Below are positions 1 through 8,480 of a stretch of 32,000 nt of DNA, in pieces; the first letter of the stretch is position 1, and every line of letters starts with the position of its first letter. The stretch covers positions 4,710,001-4,742,000 of the forward strand of contig NZ_CP074694.1 in the NCBI RefSeq assembly GCF_018398935.1, given 5' to 3'. The notes beneath the pieces are model-generated. The model had not been told where the DNA came from. It searched no databases and saw nothing but the letters and a program-made list of their open reading frames with translations. The stretch comes from Telmatocola sphagniphila. Lineage in GTDB: Bacteria > Planctomycetota > Planctomycetia > Gemmatales > Gemmataceae. The position numbers and the translations under genes were made by a program.

Positions 1-996
1 TCGCAGCATCCGAACGATTTCCGTATCGCCGGAGCGCTCGGCCCAATCCAAAGCGGTCCGACCGGTCCAATCGGTGGCCGCGATATCCGCTTTAGTCAGC
101 AGGATTTTCATTGTTTCCTGGCTCGGTGTGGTTGCCGCCCCCAGCAGAGCGCAATGATTGAAGGGGCCTCCCTGCACATTGACATCGGCACCGGCCGCCA
201 GGAGCAGTTTCAAACATTCCGCGTGTCCCATACTCGCCGCGACGCCCACCGGAGTCTGAAGAATCCCCCGTTCCAACTTGGCCACGACATTGACTTCGGC
301 GCCTTTCTCGAGAAGGGTCGCCACCACGCGAGGATTTCCCGAAAGAGCCCCCGCGATGAGAGCAGTAAATCCGGTTGGTGTCTGCACTTTCACGTTCGCG
401 CCGATACTCAGGAGATAATTGACAGCATCGAAATCACCCGTTCCCGCAGCGGCCATCAACGGAGTGTAGGCGGCCGCGCTCGGATTGGCTTTGCCGCCAT
501 GCGCCACCAGTAATTTCAAAGCCTCCTGGCAGCCGGGAACGCTGGCGGCAGCGAGCATCGCAAAATCGTCGACGGTGGCACCACGATCCAGGAGGAGCCG
601 CATTTTCTCAATATCGTGGTGCGTGCGTAGCAAAGGAGGAGTGTTATCGGAGGATCGGGCCAGGCCATCCGCGCCCGCTTCGAGGAGAATCCGCATCATT
701 TCAGCATCGGCGTGCAGCGCGGCCCGCATCACAACCGTATCCCCCGATTCATCGCGATTGCTGAGTTTCGCCCCGAGCTGGAGCAACTCCCGGACTTGCG
801 CTTTATCTCCATCCCGAATCGCGGTGAACAGCTTCTTGTCGAGCACAGCAGGATCGAGTTGTTTTTCGGTGGAAGAATCCGCTGCGGGATTATCCAGCGT
901 GCGGATCAGGATCTGCCAAATGCCAAACAGCACAAGCAGGCCCAGGAGTGCCAGTCCGAGCTGAGTAATTAAAGATCGCTTCGTTCGCTGCATCAT
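1..996 (-). CDS. Ankyrin-repeat protein with N-terminal membrane anchor (C-terminus runs off the window)
   Basis: Absent from the ORF track because it is edge-truncated. My own translation of the minus strand from the tandem ATG ATG at 996/993 gives MMQRTKRSLITQLGLALLGLLVLFGIW, a hydrophobic anchor. Multiple ankyrin-type repeats follow, e.g. TPLMAAAGTGDFDAVNYLLSIGANVKV, TALIAGALSGNPRVVATLLEKGAEVNV and RTALDWAERSGDTEIVRML. The frame is open to position 1. Confidence 0.85.
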   Translation of the reverse strand, partial: MMQRTKRSLITQLGLALLGLLVLFGIWQILIRTLDNPAADSSTEKQLDPAVLDKKLFTAIRDGDKAQVRELLQLGAKLSNRDESGDTVVMRAALHADAEMMRILLEAGADGLARSSDNTPPLLRTHHDIEKMRLLLDRGATVDDFAMLAAASVPGCQEALKLLVAHGGKANPSAAAYTPLMAAAGTGDFDAVNYLLSIGANVKVQTPTGFTALIAGALSGNPRVVATLLEKGAEVNVVAKLERGILQTPVGVAASMGHAECLKLLLAAGADVNVQGGPFNHCALLGAATTPSQETMKILLTKADIAATDWTGRTALDWAERSGDTEIVRMLR

Positions 997-1143
997 CGCG
1001 CCTCCCGCGGGGGACGGGCAAATTTCCATAGACCTCGCCGTTAAAAAGGCTTTGTCTCCGGAAACTCTCTGTCAATGAAAAGACGCTATTAGATATACGA
1101 TTCAATCGTGAAGGACTAAAGAAGAGAAGAGTCTGCAGGAGGT

Positions 1144-2469
1144 CTATTTCTGGCGAAGGTTCAAGACCTTTTTGTTCGCTTCGGTCGCGGCCCGGGCAAG
1201 ATCTTCATAGACCGCATCCTCGACATCCACAAAACCGAAATTGCAATTCTCTCCATCGCCCCGGCCCTGCGATGGTTCGTCGAAATACTGAAACCAGTGA
1301 AAGCCTACCAAGAAGGGTAACTTACACAACGCCTCGGCGCAGTGCGAATAGAGCTCGCCCCGTTCCCGATCGTTCGCGACTACAACGCGTTCGTAATCCT
1401 TGTTGGTGTTGCCACTGCGGTTGTGTTTGGCAAGAAAGGCGTATTCGGTCAGCATCACCGGCTTTTTACTCAGTTGATGCAACCGAGTGAGTTCTTCCCG
1501 AATCTCCGCCAGATCTTTGGAATAGATATTAAAGGAAATGACGTCGCAGTATTTCCCGGCCACTTCGATGACCGGTGCCGGATTGCTCGGCGTTAACCGA
1601 CAACCCAGATTCAAGTGGTGCGGCAGGTGCTTGCGCATCACGGCGTCGGTGATCGAGAAATAGCGTTCCGCATATTTCCGCACGAAGCCGTTGGCGATTT
1701 CCTCCGCCGCTGTATAGACCGCGGGCGACACGGGAGCAATTTTTTTCAACTTCAATAAATCGTCCCGGCTTTTGACCTTTACATCCCAGACTTCACCGAG
1801 TTTCTTCCAGTCGTTTTTAAACGCCCCGGCCAGATAGTCAGCCCATGCCTTCTTCCCTTCGCTTTCCGGTGGAAGGTTGACGTAAAATTCGAAAAGCGAT
1901 TCTAAGCCTTTCTTATTTTTCCAACCGAAGCCCCAACCCCAGGAAAGCTCGTTGCTGGTGAAACAACCAATTAGCAGGGGATCCTTATCGAGTACCTCGT
2001 AACTCTCGACGGCGAGCTCTTTGAGTACTTTTACAGCCCGGTCCTGCACGTATTTCTCGAAGTCTGCGGCAAATACATCCGCATAGCTGTAACCCAGAGA
2101 AAGCTCGATGACATATGGCTGGCCCCGAAGCGAGCTCCAGGCCCCGAGTGTGTTGAAGTTCCAGTCTTCCAGACGCTTGCGGGTGGCGGAGGACCATTTG
2201 TCCGGATCGCCGCCGTGCTTTTGCAGTCCGTTGTAGCTTCGGCCTTGTCCCTTGCTCTCATCCTTAGGATTGATGCAATTGATTCCAATGGAAAAGAACT
2301 TCCGCTTTTGCGGATCGACAAAGGACCAAACCCCGGCATCCTCCTTCACCTGAAAATAGCTCTTGGTTTGCGGCGTCGGCGATTGCGCAGAAGAACTGGA
2401 AAAAAGGTTTGTTCCGACTAATACCAACACCAGGAGGGTGAAACTGCACCGCGAAGTAATTTTTGTCAT
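1144..2469 (-). CDS. Secreted glycoside hydrolase, (beta/alpha)8 clan GH-A-like (family not assignable by eye)
   Basis: 441-aa ORF with ATG at 2469 and a Sec signal (MTKITSRCSFTLLVLVLVGTNLFSSSSAQS). FTSNELSWGWG offers an Asn-Glu acid/base candidate and KPVMLTEYAF a nucleophile Glu candidate. The C-terminal WFQYFDEPSQGRGDGENCNFGFV is reminiscent of GH42/GH50-like enzymes. Confidence 0.6.
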   Translation of the reverse strand: MTKITSRCSFTLLVLVLVGTNLFSSSSAQSPTPQTKSYFQVKEDAGVWSFVDPQKRKFFSIGINCINPKDESKGQGRSYNGLQKHGGDPDKWSSATRKRLEDWNFNTLGAWSSLRGQPYVIELSLGYSYADVFAADFEKYVQDRAVKVLKELAVESYEVLDKDPLLIGCFTSNELSWGWGFGWKNKKGLESLFEFYVNLPPESEGKKAWADYLAGAFKNDWKKLGEVWDVKVKSRDDLLKLKKIAPVSPAVYTAAEEIANGFVRKYAERYFSITDAVMRKHLPHHLNLGCRLTPSNPAPVIEVAGKYCDVISFNIYSKDLAEIREELTRLHQLSKKPVMLTEYAFLAKHNRSGNTNKDYERVVVANDRERGELYSHCAEALCKLPFLVGFHWFQYFDEPSQGRGDGENCNFGFVDVEDAVYEDLARAATEANKKVLNLRQK

Positions 2470-2568
2470 GGATACCTGAATCGTTGGCAGAGGGAAGAGA
2501 AGTACCGGGTTTAGACCGGCCCCATCAATGCGAACTCAGATTATCGATTTATTGTAGATGGGAGGTGT

Positions 2569-2594
2569 CCTACGGCCCCTAGGGAAGCCGTAGG
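2569..2594 (-). terminator. GC-rich hairpin downstream of the small secreted-protein gene (possible terminator, no U-tract)
   Basis: cctacggc (2569-2576) pairs with gccgtagg (2587-2594) around a 10-nt loop. It lies about 50 nt downstream of the stop at 2647. No T-run follows on the minus strand, so terminator function is uncertain. Confidence 0.3.
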
Positions 2595-2646
2595 CAGGTG
2601 CATATTCGCGTGGGAAGCACGTTTGCAAATGGGACTTGAAGCTCGA

Positions 2647-3018
2647 CTATTTTTTCTTTTTCAGCTGCGTGGTTTCCTTGTTATCGTTCTGAAGTTCGAC
2701 CTCATCGGCGGTCAATTTTTTGATCGTGTCGGTATCGCTGGCATCCCCGATCTTGGTGACCAGTCGGCCTTTCTCGATCTCAAAAGTCCCTTCCATTTTG
2801 GAGTCTTCCTTGAGCACCAGGGTAAATTTGCCTCCCTTCTCGAAGGTAATCGTACCCCCCTCCAGACCGGCGCCATCCGCTTTCACAATTTCCCATTTAC
2901 CCAGAAGCTTTTCGATGATCTCTTCCTTGGTCAGTTCTTTCTTGGGTTCGTCCGCGCTGATCAGGCTGCTGAAACCGAGTAGCAGGGCGCTGAACAGAAA
3001 TGTGGCAAACAATTTCAT
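2647..3018 (-). CDS. Small secreted lipocalin-like protein (planctomycete paralog-family type)
   Basis: 123-aa ORF with a GAGGAA Shine-Dalgarno 7 nt upstream of the ATG at 3018. Signal peptide MKLFATFLFSALLLGFSSLISA. The mature part (LLGKWEIVKADGAGLEGGTITFEKGGKFTL...) has the K/E/G/T-rich beta-strand pattern I associate with TIGR03066/TIGR03067-type planctomycete domains. That association is from memory and is not verified. Confidence 0.75.
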   Translation of the reverse strand: MKLFATFLFSALLLGFSSLISADEPKKELTKEEIIEKLLGKWEIVKADGAGLEGGTITFEKGGKFTLVLKEDSKMEGTFEIEKGRLVTKIGDASDTDTIKKLTADEVELQNDNKETTQLKKKK

Positions 3019-3658
3019 CGGGTATTCCTCAAATGCCTTTCCCCGCCTGCCGGAATCGGCAGAGCTGAACAGGGATGGTGCTCATTATAGACGAGCTACC
3101 GTAAAGGTTGAAACACTGGCAATTTTGTCACAATCGTTACCCTAAGACGTAGCTAAATTGCATTTCATTTTGCCGTGAGGGGCAAAGTTTCCGGAAAATT
3201 ACCGATTATGAGATGAGAACGGGGTCGTAGCGGACGGCGATCTCTGGTAGCATGGGTAGTCGCGGGAATTCGCAGCAACCCCACGCAATAGAGTACTGTT
3301 TTTGTAGGATTAACCGGCTTCCCCAAACCCGAAATTTCATTTCATTTCCAAATGAGCGCCAACGATGGGGAAATGAGTCGGGTTGCTTAATTGTCGATTA
3401 GGAAGTTGTTACAATGACAGTTGGAATTTGTTAGGGTCGTATCTAATCTGCGGCCTTCCCGAAAATCGGTGTCGTGCCGGATGGATCGGGAATGCGGATG
3501 GAAGCCATGGAAGTGACTTCCCCGCTCGCTGAAAGTGAAAAATGCGGTGGCAGCTTGGGGCAACCACCGTTTATAGTTGTTTAAGTTTTTTAAGCCATCG
3601 GACAGTCCCGACCGGGCATTTCGTCCCGCAACGGACCCTTTCTAGGAGAGTCTGAACG

Positions 3659-6600
3659 ATGACTATGGTCAGCAGGCTCAAGAAGACAGCGGCTCTACTC
3701 GCTGCAGCCGCCGGTATTACAAGTGCATACTTCTATGCGTGGGGCGACGTCGAGGGAACGCGCAACCCAAGTGTTGTGGAAAAGCCGCGTACTCTGGTAC
3801 GTCTGGCCGAGGATCTGGGAAGCGGCCGCTTCAGCCAGACTCCGCTACTGAGCTATGATGTTCAGGGCGAAAAATATTTCGCGCTGCAAATCAAGCCGCA
3901 GCTCACCGCTGCACCGGCTCGTCCGCGTGACATTCTGGTGATGATCGATACGACGGCCAGTCAGGCCGGCTTCCCGCTGCAGATCAGCCGACGGCTGACG
4001 GAAGCCATGATCAATGACATGGCCCCGAATGATCGCATTGCGATCATGACGGTCAATACCCCCCGAGCCAGCTACGACCTCACTTCCGGTTTTCAGGATG
4101 CCAAGGCAATCAGCGTCCAGAACGCCCTGAAGAAACTCGATGAGGAATACGCCGCGGGCGCCAGCGATCTGGGCAATGCTCTGAAGCAGGGCATGAAGGA
4201 ATTCGACAACAAGTCGACCCGTCAGCAGGTCATCCTCTTCCTGGGCGATTGCGAAAGTGCTTACAATCCGATTTCGGAAAAAGAGCGGATCGCTCTGACC
4301 GACCGCATGGTGGCCGCGAATATCGGCTTCTATGCAGTGCCGCTGGGTGCCCCCAACCCCAAGAACCTCCACGGTCTAGTGACGGGAACGGGCGGCGCGG
4401 TAGTTCGCTTCGTGCACGAAGACGCCAAGCAGAATAAGAGCGACCTGAAGCCGGTGGTCAAGAAGATCAACGATCTTCTATCCGTTCCGGTGCTGATGCC
4501 GAGCGAAATGAAGTTCGCACAGGCTCCGGCCGAAGTCTTCCCGGCCAAATTGCCGCCGTTGCGAGCCGACAGCCCGACGCTGCTGATTGGCCGTTACGAA
4601 GGCAAGAAACCCTCCACCATCGAACTGACGATCTCGGGCAAGATCGCCGGACAGCCGACGGAAGTCGCCGTCAAAGAAGCGATGGTTCCTTCCGCTTCCG
4701 ATAACTTCTTCCTGCCGAACCTGGTGACGCAGTGGAAGAAGTCTGATTCCCCTAACGCTCCAGCTTTGCTGCGGTCCGACCGTACGCTGGCTCTCGCTTA
4801 CGAACAAACCCGGCTCGCGCTGGACGAAATGCTGACTCAGGCCAATTGGGCTCTGGGAGCCAATCAGGTCGAAGTGGCTCGACATCTGTTCGTGGCCGCT
4901 CAGGACCTCAAACAGGATGAAATCGAAGCCAAGGCCGGTCTGCAATTGGTCGACAAGCTCAAATCGGGCAAGTTGAGCATTCAGCAGTTCAAGGATGCTC
5001 TGGCGGCCGGGGCCCGAACGGGTGTGGCCGTCGAGAAAGGCGCGGACGGCAAGACTCATCTGGCTCAGGTGGCTCTCGAAGAAGTTTCTAAACTGCAGGA
5101 TGCCAAACCGGAAGAGCCCAAGGCGACGACCGGGGTGATTCCACAGAAGAACAACGACGACCTCCTGAAGATGGAGCAGTCCCGCCGGAACGTTCTGACT
5201 CAGCAGATTCAGACAGTGGTCGACGAAACGCTCAGCCGCGGTCGACGCCTGCTGGCCGAAGGCGATCCGGTTTCTGCCGAAGCCTTGCTGAAGCAGCAGC
5301 GCGATGCGATTCGCAGCAACCCGGATATTGCCGACACGACCCGCCAGAAGATGCTCACTTCGATCGAATCCTTGATTCGCGAAGTGAACACTCGCGGAGC
5401 GGAAATCGTTCGCCGTCGACAGGATGAATCCGAAGCGATTGCTCGAGCCCGCATCCGCCTCGAGAACGAAGACAAACGACAGGCCGAAGAACTGCGTAAC
5501 CGCGATCGCATTGCGGCTTTCGCCACACTGATGCGACAGGCCCGTTTCGAGGAACAATACCGCGAAGCGGAAGCCAAGCGACAGGAAGACCTGGCTAGCG
5601 CCCGGCCGATCCTGCCGGAAACCACAGCCAACTACATGATTGGTCAGACGGCCACCAACCTTCGCGAATTCCGCGAACTGGTTCGCATCCGCGAAGACCG
5701 CTACCTGCTGACCATGATGCAGGTCGAAAAGAGCCACGTTCCCTATCCGGATGAACCGCCGGTTCACTTCCCGCCTTCGAAAGTCTGGCGCGAAATGCTG
5801 GTTCAACGCAAGCGATTCGCTTCTGAAGCACTTTCGGGCGACCTGCCGGAACGGGCCCGGGCTCGCATGAGCTTCCTGCAATCGGCTCTCGACACGCCAA
5901 TTCCGCTGGACAACCAGTACGAAGGCCCGCTGGCCGACTTCCTGGAGATCCTCGAAACCCTGGCCAGCCCTCCGGACTCGGCCAAGAACCCGCTGAAGAA
6001 GGTTAAGATTCTCGTCGACGAGAAGGAACTGGGTCGGGCGACGGGTGGCGAACAGTTCGACTCCACGATGAAAACGATCAAGGTTCCCAAACTGTCGGGC
6101 GCCTCGCTGGGTACGGTTCTGCGAATCGTGACCTCGCAGTTGAATGCTTCGTACTGGGTTCGCCGCGATTACATCGAAATTACCAGTATCGATGCCGCTA
6201 TTCGGGAGAAAGTGGTAACCGCCTTCTCCGTGGCCGACCTGGTCGTGCCTATTCCGAGTGCAATTAGCCAGCAGGCCTTGCAGCAGGGTCTGCAAGTTCT
6301 AGGGGCAACCTTCTCTCTGGGTGGCGGCGGTTCTCCGATCGCCGGGGCTTTCGGCCAACCGCAGTTCGCCGTATTCGGCGGCGGTGTCGGGGCTGGTGGC
6401 TTCGGAGCGGGTGGACAAGCGGGCGGAGCCGGCGGAGCCTTCCAAGGGCTTCAAAACACCTTCCAGGGTCAATCCAACGTAAACTTGGGAGCCCAGGGTG
6501 GTCTGCTCGGGTTCGGCGGTGGCCAGTTAGGTCAGTTCGGTAACCTCGGGGGCCAATTCGGCTTCCAGGGGGGTACCCAGCATCAGATTCTCATCGAGCT

Positions 6601-8317
6601 CATCAAGAACGTTGTGGCTCGCGGCGAATGGTTGACCGTTCAAAGTGCATTGATCACGGGTAACACCAACGTCAATGACCCCAATGCTCAAGGCGAAGAA
6701 ACCGCGATTATTCCGGCTTCGGAATTGAACTCGATGGGTTTCTATCCGCCCGCACTGGCCCTGGTGGTTCGCGGTACCAGCCGCGTTCACGCCAGCCCGA
6801 GTGCCCGTTTGACCCGTGGGGGTGCAGGCGGCATGGCTATGGCGGACGGCAATGGCAAGAACAACGTCGCCAAGGCGGAAGACAACGTTATTGGCGATCT
6901 GGCCAACAACCTGGTCGAAGGCAAGAACAAGGAAGGCAAGGCTCTCCGTGGCATGGCCATGTCGGTCAGCAAGGATCTGAAGGAAGACAAGCTGGATCTG
7001 GATCCCAAGAAGATCTGGAAGGAAGCTTTGGCTAAGGCCGACGTCCGACGCTCCGGTGTGATCGTCGATACCGCCGGTACTCTGGGCGTCATGAACAAGT
7101 TCAACCACGTGGTCGAACTGTTGAAAGAAAGCCTGCGTCGCGGCATCACCGTGGAACCCTGGGCTCACGAAGCTCTGGCCCAGGCGATGGAAGCTTCCCA
7201 GGCTTCGGATATCGATCTCGAACGGGCCCTGACCTCCGCGATCGACCTCGATCCGAAGAATGCTCAGGCTTACATCAAGGCTTCCAAAGCAATTGCCAAA
7301 ACCAATCCGGAACAGGCTATCAAGCTTTGCGTGGTGGCAGCTAAACTCGAACCGGAACTGGCCGATCCCTACATGAACGCCATGGCGTTCGCCGGGGATA
7401 CCAAGGGTAAGATGAACATCGACCAGCTGAGCTGGGCGGCCAACAACGTGCTGAATCGCGACTGGGCTTCGGATACCGCCGAATACCACAGCGAAGCCCG
7501 AGCCAAGTTGAACGATATGATCGCTCAACTGACGACTCAGGGACGGCACGAAGAAGCCAAGAAGATCCAGATCATGATGGATGGCGACAAACGTCGCGAT
7601 CTGGTGATTCAACTGATCTGGACCAACGGTGGCGAACGCGAAACCGCCGGTCTGGATCTGAAGGTGAACGAACCGGCCGGTAGCGTCTGCAGCGTTCTGA
7701 ACAGCCAGACCGCTTCGGGTGGCGTACTGATCAGCGACTTCTACAAGAAGAACGACGGCGGCCATGTGGAAACTTACACGGCTTCCGAAGCCTTCAGTGG
7801 CGAGTACTCGATCTCCGTCGATAAAGTCTGGGGCCGTCCTCTGGGTAACAAAGCCACCATCAAGGTGACCCGCAACCAGGGTATGCCGAACGAAAAGATC
7901 GAAATGCACACGATCGACCTGTCCAAGCCGGAAGTGGTCAAGCTCTCGGTTCAGGATGGTCGCCGTACCAAGGTCGCTTCGGTACCTCCGCCGAACTTCA
8001 ACGCCGTGAAATCGAGCAAGCCAAGTCGTGAAGATCTGGCCGTCAAGAAGCTCGAAGCGATTGTCGAACCGGTCAATGCCATGGAAGGGGGAATTACCTC
8101 CACCGCCAAACCCACCGCCGCCACGAAGGTGAAACCGGCTGTGGATATCTCCTGGACTGGCCGAGTGGATTCGCTGATCAACGATGGCGTGGAAATGGTC
8201 GCCAAGGTCGTGATTGGATCTAATGGGGAACAGAAGATGGTTCTCACCCCGCTGTTCAATTCCAACAATAAGACCATGCCGACCGTGAAGATCGACATGA
8301 TCCCCGGTAACGACTAA
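3659..8317 (+). CDS. Giant von Willebrand factor A domain envelope protein (vWA, coiled coil, Gly-rich module, TPR-like helices, DUF2135-like C-terminus)
   Basis: 1,552-aa ORF with an AGGAGA Shine-Dalgarno upstream of the ATG at 3659. N-terminal signal/anchor KKTAALLAAAAGITSAYFYAW. MIDAS-like motif ILVMIDTTAS, then ...VILFLGDCES... and the post-vWA stretch LPPLRADSPTLLIGRYEG typical of VIT/vWA-type proteins. A long E/R/Q/A-rich helical region follows. A canonical terminator follows the stop. Confidence 0.95.
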   Translation: MTMVSRLKKTAALLAAAAGITSAYFYAWGDVEGTRNPSVVEKPRTLVRLAEDLGSGRFSQTPLLSYDVQGEKYFALQIKPQLTAAPARPRDILVMIDTTASQAGFPLQISRRLTEAMINDMAPNDRIAIMTVNTPRASYDLTSGFQDAKAISVQNALKKLDEEYAAGASDLGNALKQGMKEFDNKSTRQQVILFLGDCESAYNPISEKERIALTDRMVAANIGFYAVPLGAPNPKNLHGLVTGTGGAVVRFVHEDAKQNKSDLKPVVKKINDLLSVPVLMPSEMKFAQAPAEVFPAKLPPLRADSPTLLIGRYEGKKPSTIELTISGKIAGQPTEVAVKEAMVPSASDNFFLPNLVTQWKKSDSPNAPALLRSDRTLALAYEQTRLALDEMLTQANWALGANQVEVARHLFVAAQDLKQDEIEAKAGLQLVDKLKSGKLSIQQFKDALAAGARTGVAVEKGADGKTHLAQVALEEVSKLQDAKPEEPKATTGVIPQKNNDDLLKMEQSRRNVLTQQIQTVVDETLSRGRRLLAEGDPVSAEALLKQQRDAIRSNPDIADTTRQKMLTSIESLIREVNTRGAEIVRRRQDESEAIARARIRLENEDKRQAEELRNRDRIAAFATLMRQARFEEQYREAEAKRQEDLASARPILPETTANYMIGQTATNLREFRELVRIREDRYLLTMMQVEKSHVPYPDEPPVHFPPSKVWREMLVQRKRFASEALSGDLPERARARMSFLQSALDTPIPLDNQYEGPLADFLEILETLASPPDSAKNPLKKVKILVDEKELGRATGGEQFDSTMKTIKVPKLSGASLGTVLRIVTSQLNASYWVRRDYIEITSIDAAIREKVVTAFSVADLVVPIPSAISQQALQQGLQVLGATFSLGGGGSPIAGAFGQPQFAVFGGGVGAGGFGAGGQAGGAGGAFQGLQNTFQGQSNVNLGAQGGLLGFGGGQLGQFGNLGGQFGFQGGTQHQILIELIKNVVARGEWLTVQSALITGNTNVNDPNAQGEETAIIPASELNSMGFYPPALALVVRGTSRVHASPSARLTRGGAGGMAMADGNGKNNVAKAEDNVIGDLANNLVEGKNKEGKALRGMAMSVSKDLKEDKLDLDPKKIWKEALAKADVRRSGVIVDTAGTLGVMNKFNHVVELLKESLRRGITVEPWAHEALAQAMEASQASDIDLERALTSAIDLDPKNAQAYIKASKAIAKTNPEQAIKLCVVAAKLEPELADPYMNAMAFAGDTKGKMNIDQLSWAANNVLNRDWASDTAEYHSEARAKLNDMIAQLTTQGRHEEAKKIQIMMDGDKRRDLVIQLIWTNGGERETAGLDLKVNEPAGSVCSVLNSQTASGGVLISDFYKKNDGGHVETYTASEAFSGEYSISVDKVWGRPLGNKATIKVTRNQGMPNEKIEMHTIDLSKPEVVKLSVQDGRRTKVASVPPPNFNAVKSSKPSREDLAVKKLEAIVEPVNAMEGGITSTAKPTAATKVKPAVDISWTGRVDSLINDGVEMVAKVVIGSNGEQKMVLTPLFNSNNKTMPTVKIDMIPGND
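3929..4408 (+). other. vWA domain of the giant protein
   Basis: aa 91-250: DILVMIDTTASQ (a DxTxS variant of the DxSxS MIDAS motif), ...DRIAIMTVN..., ...GASDLGNALK..., ...QQVILFLGDCES... This is the alternating beta-alpha pattern of a Rossmann-like vWA fold. Confidence 0.8.
6320..6574 (+). repeat. Gly-rich, FG-containing low-complexity linker inside the giant protein
   Basis: aa 888-972: GGGGSPIAGAFGQPQFAVFGGGVGAGGFGAGGQAGGAGGAFQGLQNTFQGQSNVNLGAQGGLLGFGGGQLGQFGNLGGQFGFQGG. By my count there are six FG dipeptides plus three FQG, and no charged residues. Confidence 0.9.
7592..7966 (+). other. DUF2135 (YfaP C-terminal)-like beta domain of the giant protein
   Basis: RRDLVIQLIWTNGGERETAGLDLKVNEPAGSVCSVLNSQTASGGVLISDFYKKNDGGHVETYTASEAFSGEYSISVDKVW resembles the 'L.W....DLDLhV.eP.G..c.y.n..t..GG.ls.D...G.gpE.Y......G.Y.v.v' pattern I recall for DUF2135, which commonly follows vWA domains. 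Unverified. Confidence 0.45.
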
Positions 8318-8351
8318 TACCGCGCAGCGGCACAATAACAAAAATCTTCGA

Positions 8352-8385
8352 AAGGGAATCGGTTCGCCGATTCCCTTTTTGTTTT
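8352..8385 (+). terminator. Rho-independent terminator of the giant vWA gene
   Basis: aagggaatcgg (8352-8362), loop ttcg, ccgattccctt (8367-8377): a perfect 11-bp stem. It is followed by tttgtttt and starts 35 nt after the stop codon. Confidence 0.9.
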
Positions 8386-8480
8386 GATACTTAAGAAGAA
8401 ATTGATGGCAGCGTATGGGGGCATTCCGGTACTTTTAAGTCAGGTAACTCGCAGTACGAATTTTTCCACTGAGGTTTCAA

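Noticed and set aside
154-972. Plus-strand ORFs 154-513, 485-964 and 712-972 at the left edge.
   Set aside because: The minus strand here reads as a continuous ankyrin-repeat protein open to the window edge. The plus-strand ORFs overlap each other and lack motifs.
3019-3658. Riboswitch (for example c-di-GMP or another class) or tRNA-like element in the long leader of the vWA gene.
   Set aside because: I could not recognise any conserved riboswitch core or tRNA T-loop/cloverleaf by eye. Only generic hairpins are present, and an Infernal scan is needed before any such call.
4478-8341. Two very long minus-strand ORFs (4478-6295, 605 aa; 6527-8341, 604 aa) antisense to the giant vWA gene.
   Set aside because: Their translations are R/G/L/F/Q-rich with no recognisable motifs. 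They are the codon-aligned antisense frame of a gene that avoids TTA/CTA/TCA codons. The plus strand has clear vWA and other motifs, a Shine-Dalgarno and a terminator. These are shadow ORFs.
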